The notes under the pieces are model-generated. The model was given only the letters and a program-made list of their open reading frames with translations, made no database searches and was not told the origin of the DNA. A DNA stretch of 11,946 bases from Paraphysomonas bandaiensis. Lineage: Eukaryota > Protista > Chrysophyceae. Location of the stretch: NCBI GenBank assembly GCA_965644295.1, contig CBFFRP010000579.1, positions 1 to 11,946 on the forward strand. Direction: 5' to 3'. Positions 1-7,312 of the stretch are shown one piece after another (within the stretch, counting starts at the first letter, position 1; every line of letters starts with the position of its first letter). The position numbers and the translations under genes are program-made.

Positions 1-140
1 TAACGACCAGACCGAGTACCGGATACTTTCTCTACGGGGATCAAAATACGCTGAAGTATACAGTTGGAATTCCTACCATGCAGCATATCGATGATGTCGC
101 ACACAGCAACACTGAACAGCAGCAGCACCAGCAGCAGTAG
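1..140 (+). CDS. Possible C-terminal end of an upstream gene (partial, Gln-rich tail)
   Basis: Frame 3 is open from the window edge: TTRPSTGYFLYGDQNTLKYTVGIPTMQHIDDVAHSNTEQQQHQQQ* (TAG 138-140). The CAG-rich tract reads as polyQ. No homology recognised. Confidence 0.35.
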   Translation, partial: TTRPSTGYFLYGDQNTLKYTVGIPTMQHIDDVAHSNTEQQQHQQQ

Positions 141-231
141 CAGCGGAAGAAGTATCTATCTCTCAACTTCACAGCAGCAGGAGGGAGCGGAGTGGAAGAT
201 ATCCGAATAGCGTGTTCTTATTTGGGCTGAA

Positions 232-1329
232 ATGAATTTGGAAAATATTACTGCATCTCATAAAGATCCTGGAAGATCGACAGTGGGTTGTACAGCGTTT
301 TCCGCTGCAATATGCCGAGCGTTTGCATCGAAATCACGGCGGCCGCTTGTGTATGACCCCGTAGCATGTGCCTTGTTCGATTTTCGTACGAGACCAAAAG
401 AAGTGCCCATAGTATTCTGTATTATGTATATTATGTGGATTGTGTTACCTCTGCGATGGGTACTACTTCTAATTGGGAATCTCCTCGGGCGTGATATACA
501 GGCTGCAACAGATATGCTTGGCACGCGATCTAAGTTCATTGATGATCACATTATTGAGGGAATTCAAGAGGGGGGAATTAATCAAATTGTCATATTTGGG
601 TCCGGTCTGGACGCCCGCGCTGCCCGCATGCCTCTTTTGCACACAACCACTGCCGTCAGGGTATATGAGGTGGATTTTCCAAACATGCTGCATGCCAAGC
701 AAAGACTGTTTGCAGAAATCGGATTCAGTGGCTGCTATGAGGCCACTGATGATAAACATGGAAGAGCTGTTTTCGTTGGAACAGATCTTTCCGAACCTTC
801 AAAGCGCTGGCAGAGCGATCTATCTGATGCCGGATTTGATGCAGGAGTACCAACTATTTGGGTTCTAGAAGGTTTAACAGGGTACTTAAATGAATCCGAA
901 CTGGGAGTACTTTTCAAAGCTGTCTCTAGTATGTCGTGTAAAGGAAGTTTAGTCGTGGCTACGTGGAATGGTGCAAGCGGGGAGACTAGCAAGACTCCTT
1001 GGAGACAGAGTATTCATTGCTCATATGTTGACGACCCAGGTACACAATAATATTATATTATATTCCATTAAGATATTATAGCATGGCATGTATTTTTAAT
1101 TGGATGAAAGTATTATGTTAAAAGTATTGCTACATATTGAATGCCGTATATTAGCAATATCACTTTCTTGAAATAAATTATCACTTCAGAAATGTTTCTT
1201 CCCGGATCTATATGGAAAAAGAAGAAGCACATTGGTATTGGGGCTGCAACTCGTGCGTATGGACTATCTTCCAGTGGAATAAATGCTACAGACAAATCTT
1301 ACTGGTTGTCTTTACATTCCAAGTTATAG
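232..1329 (+). CDS. Class I SAM-dependent methyltransferase, leucine carboxyl methyltransferase (LCM)/TIGR00027-like; join(232..1039,1190..1329), ~315 aa
   Basis: Family motifs: STVGCTA..AAICRA, DPVA, RSKFIDD, QIVIFGSGLDARAARM, VYEVDFP, VGTDL, GFDAGVPTIWVLEGLTGYL. A phase-1 intron 1040-1189 (GTACAC...TTCAG) restores the frame: DDP-E-MFLPGSIWKKKKHIG...LHSKL* (TAG 1327-1329). Confidence 0.88.
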
Positions 1330-1810
1330 GGTGTTCCGGTGTTTGGCTGAACTGTATTGGTGATTTCATTAATTGTGTCTTTGAAGCCTGCTCTTTCGAT
1401 TCCCTGCTGAAATACCCTTTATATGCATTATTATGTTCGGGTTCATAACATATATGGACAACACACTTCAAGTCATGCAGTAAAATAATATTCTGCGCTG
1501 TACGAGGTTACATTTATGTTGCTGCGTAATAAATAGGTTATGAAGTCAGTGTCTGCAACTTAATCGGCCACATTCTATACAGAGGATTCAGTTTATATAA
1601 CAGCTCCTAAAATAAAGTAGCAAACTAGCGATCATGAAATAATACAGACTTTTGTAAACGTTAATGAAAAAGGAATAATATTTCAATGGGATAAATTAAA
1701 TTTATTCTGTGCCTAAGACCTGTGAAGGTGAAGTAGCTGTGTAACTTTAACACATATCGGGACTTACGTTGACATATAATGGCTAAAAGAATAAATGTGG
1801 CGCACTAGTA

Positions 1811-2029
1811 GTGAATGCCTTACTATTAGCAATAGGCGTTTAAGAGTCAGAACTATTTTAACTAACTAGTGCTTTACTCTGATGCCCTACTACTTTACAC
1901 TACGAAAGCTGCTTGTGCGTCACCGAAAGCACCAAGGTGCAGTTACTTTAGCTCTATCACTCAAAGCAAACGCAGTAAGCAAGCAGAATGTTGATACACT
2001 TGACATCTGCTGACTTAAGGAATTTTGAG
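1811..2029 (-). repeat. Repeat copy A (inverted relative to B and C)
   Basis: The reverse complement of 1886-2016 begins AAGTCAGCAGATGTCAAGTGTATCA, identical to 2958-2982, and similarity continues to TAGTAGG. Copy A has an internal deletion relative to B and C. Confidence 0.9.
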
Positions 2030-2047
2030 CCTTTAATTAAGTGTGGT

Positions 2048-2221
2048 GCACAAGCAGATTTCGTAGCGTTATATAGATATATAGTAGGATATGAGAATTT
2101 GTACTAGTTAGTTACAGGTCGAAGTCTATCTAGCTTGACTAATTTTCATCTAGCTACATACCAGGTGCTGATTCTCGACGCCTATTATATGCTAATAATA
2201 AGACTTTCATGATATTATAAG
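2048..2221 (+). repeat. Repeat copy B (partial, direct with C)
   Basis: GCACAAGCAGATTTCGTAGCG...TAGTAGGATA...GAATT...TTAGTTA...ACGCCTATT...TAATAAGACTTTCA..ATATTATAAG is collinear with 3056-3239. Confidence 0.8.
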
Positions 2222-2633
2222 TACGTGTGAGAGCTGCCGATGAACATGTCGTCCTTCAGTGTTTTAAGAGGTGCAGTTAAACAGGGGGACGCCCTTTGTG
2301 ATAGAAGTCCGTGAAGCTTGAGGGAGGATCAGAGTTATGTAGATGGGAGGATAGTGTTCCGAGGGAGAGTGAGATGGTGCGAGTTAGAGGCGTAGAATCT
2401 GTAGAGTCTCAGGGTGCTACTGACTGCAGTGTATAAGTTGGACGTAAATAAAGCTGACGGAGTCGTCTACGTTGGAGGCTTGAAAGTGTAAAAGCGTAGG
2501 AGAAGGGGTCATACGTACAGCTGTGATTCTATACTGAGGCACCATCCGGTCCGAAGTGGAGGGACTTATGGGTAGTGTGGGTGGTAGTTGGAGGTTGATT
2601 GTGGAGTGAGCTATTGACTTGCTGGGTCAGGAT

Positions 2634-2813
2634 TAAGTCGAGGTAATACCAAAACCTGGTAAAGCGATTTCACCAGGTTTCATATCTAAGTATTGAGTTA
2701 TTATTTTACTGTAATTTGTATCTATAAGTCGAGGTAATACCGAAACCTGGTAAAACGATTTCACCAGGCTTCATATCTAAGTATTGAGTTATATTTTACT
2801 GTAATTTGTATCT
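2634..2813 (+). repeat. Tandem duplication, 2 x ~90 bp, each unit containing a hairpin
   Basis: TAAGTCGAGGTAATACC...GTAATTTGTATCT at 2634-2723 and 2725-2813; about 3 substitutions and one 1-nt indel. Confidence 0.95.
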
Positions 2814-2944
2814 GAGAGGTTAAAGATAAAGAAAAAGTCGCAAGTATAGTTGTTATTAACAGTATTTAATGGGCTAACCTCAAGGGCATCCGAGGGCTTG
2901 GGCTGTTTGCTGAAGTCAATCATCCAGGCTGTTTACCTTAAGAA

Positions 2945-3245
2945 CTCTAAAACCCTGAAGTCAGCAGATGTCAAGTGTATCATCATTCTGCTTGCTAACT
3001 GTGTTTGCTTTGAGCGATAGAGCTCGAGTGGTTGCACCTTGGTGCTTGCGGCGACGCAGAAGCAGCTTCTGTAGCGCTAAATAGTAGGATAATAGAATTA
3101 GGGTTAGGGTTAGGGTTAGGTTAATGCTGATTAGTTATGGGTAGAGGTCTAACTAGTAGGTCTAGCATTCAACTAACCACTATATCGGAATGAGGTTTTA
3201 ACGCCTATTGCTAAATAATAAGACTTTCAATATTATAAGACATGT
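2945..3245 (+). repeat. Repeat copy C (longest copy; carries a TTAGGG insertion)
   Basis: Aligns inverted to copy A and direct to copy B. Confidence 0.88.
3098..3123 (+). repeat. Interstitial telomeric sequence (TTAGGG)3 TTAGG TTA
   Basis: Read directly; same motif and same orientation as the terminal array. Confidence 0.95.
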
Positions 3246-3831
3246 CATTCACTAGTGGCGTCCAATGGTCTAGGATGAAGCGATAAAAATATATTGCATA
3301 TAGGTACCTCTGTGCTGCATGTAGACATGTGTGTATGTATGTGTAGCCTAGCAGACACTGTCTTAGCTCAGAGAACATGGGGCTTCTCGTAATTTAGTAC
3401 ACGAGGCTTTTTTAAAACAATCTAGCCACTTTATAAAACGATATACTCCAACAATCACCAGATCACCAGACATGAGAAGGAAGGTAATGATTATTTAGCT
3501 TATCTGGAAAGTGAACACTTATATTTCTCAAGGATTATTTTTCAGAAAATATCACACACCGCCAAATGGTGTGAGCGCAATATTTTCCTTGCTTTGCCTA
3601 TCATGTGTGGCTTCAGGATAGCAACCAAGCGCAACTGCAACGTATAGGAATACAACGGATTTATATATATCATATACATGCAACAGGTATGCATAGCAAT
3701 GATTTTAGTGCATAGCTGCATATTCGAAACCACCTTCCACTTCAGTAAATTAAATATAACGGTACGTAACAATGATGACGCACGCCATGCGTAACTAATT
3801 TAACATCAAATATATTAGTTATTATCGACAG

Positions 3832-5078
3832 CTATCGAAACATCAAAGGCGCAAAAGAATATAGCACTACCAGTAACCACAGCGCAAAGCATACAACGAG
3901 GGCCCAGCTGTGTTGTTTAAACGCAGCAAGAGAGAGCTCCATCACAGGTTTTACTCCCCACTTAAACCTATTCACACACAAGCAATTAGCCATAATGTAA
4001 TGACACTTGACCATACGGTTGCTACGCACTTGAATTTTTTGGATGCTGCCGTGGCCTCACCCTCTCTTCTGTCGCTGAGTCTATAGAGCATGGCTTGTGC
4101 ACAGTCCACTACCCGACTGCCAAGGATGTTCAAATTCGCAAGACTTTGTCTCTCCATGTCGCGGGCCAACTGCAATCCTATAGTTGCAGATGAGAAAGCT
4201 GGACCATACACTTCAGAAGATAGGTGACGTACCACCATTTCCCTTTATAGCATCCGCGAGTCGTGGGTGCGCCGATGCGTTGGCTAGGGCAGCAATAGCG
4301 TAAAATTTTTGAGGGCCCTGCCCTTTGCCATCAAACGACGAGGGCCGTAGTGGTTCCATCAGAGTAGGGATCGACCCCGCTAGAACTTCTAACAAAACGG
4401 AGTCAGTAAGCAACAAGGTATCGCAATACGAGAAAATATTGGCTAAGATCGCAGTCGATAGAACTGACACTTCCTGGTCAGGGGCTTGTGCAAAATCGAT
4501 TACATGACCAACGATATCTGTCTGTAGAACCCCCTTTACACAGGCCTGTACAAATTAAGAGACTAAGTAAAGCCATGCCACCAGAGCAAAGACTTCACCT
4601 TATCCCAGGTAAGGGTCTGGAGGGCACCGAGGAGCTCTCGAAGACAGAGTACCTGACATGGCGCACATCATTAATATATATATTTTACTCGTAATACTAC
4701 TACGCAACCTCATCTTCCCACTGACGAATAGCTCCACAGACAACAGCCGGTACTCCTGCAACCACGGCCTGCGATCTCAGCGCGTCGTCAAGAACCAGTA
4801 GCTTTAATGCCCTCGCAGAATAAGAAGCAACTGTCCTGTTCGTGCTTGGGACAAGACGACATAAAGCGTGGCTGATGGGACCAAAGGACACAGCTGGGAA
4901 AACAGCACCCTCAACTAATTTTGAAAGGTCAACGGCAGCCTGTGGATATGCATATACGGAATCAGAAGTTGTTTACGAATTATAGGATCTCAGCCACCTT
5001 TTGCTGATCTTCTGGGTTCTCTGAATATGATAACTGCAAGAGATGTTGGAGTTCACTGAAATTCCCAGGCGTTGCCAT
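3832..5078 (-). CDS. Armadillo/HEAT-like repeat protein with C-terminal transmembrane helix; complement(join(3832..3967,4030..4177,4233..4545,4599..4652,4709..4939,4998..5078)), ~320 aa
   Basis: Five GT-AG introns (58, 56, 53, 55, 62 nt) join the listed minus-strand ORF fragments into one open frame of 963 nt from ATG 5078 (MATPGNFSELQHLL...) to TAG 3832. ARM-like amphipathic helices: YSARALKLLV, ELLGALQTL, LSTAILANIF, YAIAALANAS. Hydrophobic tail WALVVCFALWLLVVLYSFAPLMFR*. Confidence 0.82.
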
Positions 5079-5534
5079 TTACAATGCAAAAGTTAAACGG
5101 AATTTTATAAGGAATGGAAGGGACAATATCAGTTGAGAAATACAATATCAACGCCAGATACACATCAAAATACACCTATGGCGACAATATTTTACGATGA
5201 GATAATATCAGACAACAGGCAAGCAATCGTAGAGGTCAATGTTCCTTTAATGCTACACTGACAAGACAAATAACATCGAGGCTGTATCCCTCACAACTGC
5301 AAATGGTAGATGTGTGCGACAGGCGCGCTGAATGATCTCCTCGACCTGCATATACTCCACAGCAGACACGTCCACATGCACTCCTACTGCTGACTGTATC
5401 CTTCAGAGCGGTATTCTTGTACTACAGTCCACTACACTGTGTTATGGGCGAGTTTCTATTCAAATAATTTGATTTTGATGCGAAACGAGTTCACTCTGAT
5501 TCCTTTTCCAGTCTAGAATTGCCAAGTCCTTAAT
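5079..5534. promoter_or_regulatory. Divergent (bidirectional) intergenic promoter region
   Basis: 456 bp between the head-to-head start codons of the ARM gene (5078, -) and thymidylate kinase (5535, +). No specific motif identified. Confidence 0.45.
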
Positions 5535-6277
5535 ATGCCGTCAGGTCGTGGGGCATTCATTCTTTTTGAGGGAATTGACAGATGTGGGAAGTCAACGCAA
5601 TGCGGTCTATTGACTCAAGCGCTTGCGTCAACAATGTCGACTGAGGCGATCAGATTTCCAAACAGAGAGTCAAGTATTGGACAACTAATTAACTCTTACC
5701 TTTCGTCATCTAGTAACTTAAATGACCAAACTATTCATCTTTTGTTTTCTGCCAATCGCTGGGAGTCGAGTAAAGACATCATGGCAAAGCTGGAATCTGG
5801 GACTACATTGGTACAGTCAGTGCCCCTACGTGGTAATGTGCGTTTAATATATGTAGATATGTGATAGGTACGCCTATAGTGGAGTAGCATTTTCATCAGC
5901 AAAAGGAATGGACCTAGGATGGTGCAAAAGCTGTGACGTTGGCCTTCCTGCTCCTGATTGTGTGTTTTACTTCGACATGCCCGTCGATGCCGCAACCCAG
6001 GTAGTGTACATAAATCTGGTGTGGTTGTAGCTTACAGAAATATTAGCGAGGCAGCTACGGCGAAGAAAGATATGAAAAAATTGACTTTCAAAGGAAAGTA
6101 CAAAAGCAATTCCTGAAGCTCAAAGCGGAGGATGAGGCTGCTGGTGCAGCAGGTGTTCGCTGGACTGTGATAGATGCGCAAAAGAGCATAGATGAGGTCC
6201 ACATGGACGTGTTGGCAGCCGCTCAAAGTGTAATTAGTAAAGTTCAAGGTGAACCAATCGGCGAATTGTGGAAGTAG
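5535..6277 (+). CDS. DTYMK: Thymidylate (dTMP) kinase, eukaryotic type; join(5535..5810,5857..6000,6047..6277), 216 aa
   Basis: [18 protein letters not shown] (P-loop), [54 protein letters not shown]-terminal LW. Two 46-nt phase-0 GT-AG introns (5811-5856, 6001-6046). Orthologue of CDC8/DTYMK. Confidence 0.97.
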
Positions 6278-6426
6278 TTGTACTTAGAATTGTACCAGAA
6301 TCCGTTCGTCTGTATTACAAAGTTCGATTTTATTGCAGGTGGAAATAAGAACGTTATGTGACTGTGATAGTGAGGATTTAAGTCATTATATGAAAACAGT
6401 TATATTTCGACGTTTTTTATGAAAGT

Positions 6427-6882
6427 TCATTGGATACGAATGATCTCATTTCGAGTATATAGGTGTATCGACCGAGCTATACTAATACAATAGGAAAGAG
6501 TACTCAACAGTAATTGAAATAATTTTTTATGTGAAAACAAAATACTGTTGCAGTGACTGTTCTTTAATGTTTCTAGTTCAAAAGAATAGTGAATGATCAC
6601 CAATTTTACATACTCTTTTGCAGCGAACAATGACCAGTCGCCACAAGATGTGTGTATTTCTATCTGCCTCATTAGGTCCCTCGATACATATGCTTTTGGC
6701 GTAAATATTATATATGTTGTCATTGCATCCGCTACGTTTATATGCACTGAGTTGATGCTGGATTCGTGTATCCAAAGGAGGGAAGTATGCTGCTCGAGTA
6801 GTAGTACATAGTAGCCTTCATTGGAATCGATTAGGTCATCTGTGATGAATTGCAATAGCACCGTTTTGGTCACCGCTATCAA
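6427..6882 (-). CDS. Hypothetical 151-codon open frame (possible terminal exon of an unknown gene)
   Basis: Long stop-free frame in AT-rich DNA. No ATG at the called start, and no recognisable motif. Confidence 0.2.
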   Translation of the reverse strand: MIAVTKTVLLQFITDDLIDSNEGYYVLLLEQHTSLLWIHESSINSVHINVADAMTTYIIFTPKAYVSRDLMRQIEIHTSCGDWSLFAAKEYVKLVIIHYSFELETLKNSHCNSILFSHKKLFQLLLSTLSYCISIARSIHLYTRNEIIRIQ

Positions 6883-7312
6883 AGTCTACAAAAGTCATAC
6901 CCATACTTTGCAACAGAGACCACCAACAGTACGACATGAACAGAGGCTTCAAAAAATCTTCTACCCATTAATTTCAAACTTCATATCTACACTCTGTAGA
7001 TGCATGTCCTTTATTGGGACACACTGCTGTACTTCAGATATACCGCTATATGGTACGCACGATATATCCAGTAATATGGAATACGTAGTGATACAGGTAG
7101 ATTCCTAGCGCGAGCTGCCCGTACTTCTGTAGTCTGCTGTAGGAATATAAAGCAGTATTTGCTATAAGAATACGATGTATTTATGACGACATCAACACTG
7201 CTCTTGTTTTCACAAGAAACGCAGAGAAGAGAGCCGCTGTGTGCTGATACTGTGAGATTAATGCACGTATGTTATCCTTATGAAGTGATATGGATACATA
7301 GATCAGAGATCT

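Larger units (their letters stand above)
1800..3260. mobile_element. Decayed repeat/transposon relic with three related repeat copies (A inverted; B and C direct)
   Basis: 1886-2016 is the ungapped reverse complement of 2958-3088 (~18 mismatches in 131 nt by hand count). 2048-2221 is a diverged direct copy of 3056-3239. The motif ACGCCTATT..GCTAA..TAAG is present at 1811-1839 (-), 2178 (+) and 3201 (+). No intact ORF. Confidence 0.6.

Noticed and set aside
85-156. Leu-rich signal-peptide-like frame on the minus strand
   Set aside because: It is the antisense reading of the CAG-rich tract, with an in-frame stop just upstream and no ATG before the hydrophobic stretch.
258-1471. Short ORFs overlapping the methyltransferase (258-539, 469-759, 473-868, 735-992, 1113-1295, 1212-1448, 1286-1471)
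   Set aside because: Antisense or alternative-frame shadows of a well-supported gene, with no motifs.
1800-3260. Hammerhead ribozyme in the repeats (Penelope-like element)
   Set aside because: I did not find the CTGANGA...GAAA core in the repeat copies by eye; a covariance-model search would be needed to exclude it fully.
3542-3772. 76-aa minus-strand ORF
   Set aside because: AT-rich, non-ATG start, no motifs; probably the 3' UTR or intergenic region of the ARM gene.
3832-6277. Fragmented ORFs read as pseudogenes or an alternative genetic code
   Set aside because: Every break is explained by a short canonical GT-AG intron that restores the frame under the standard code.
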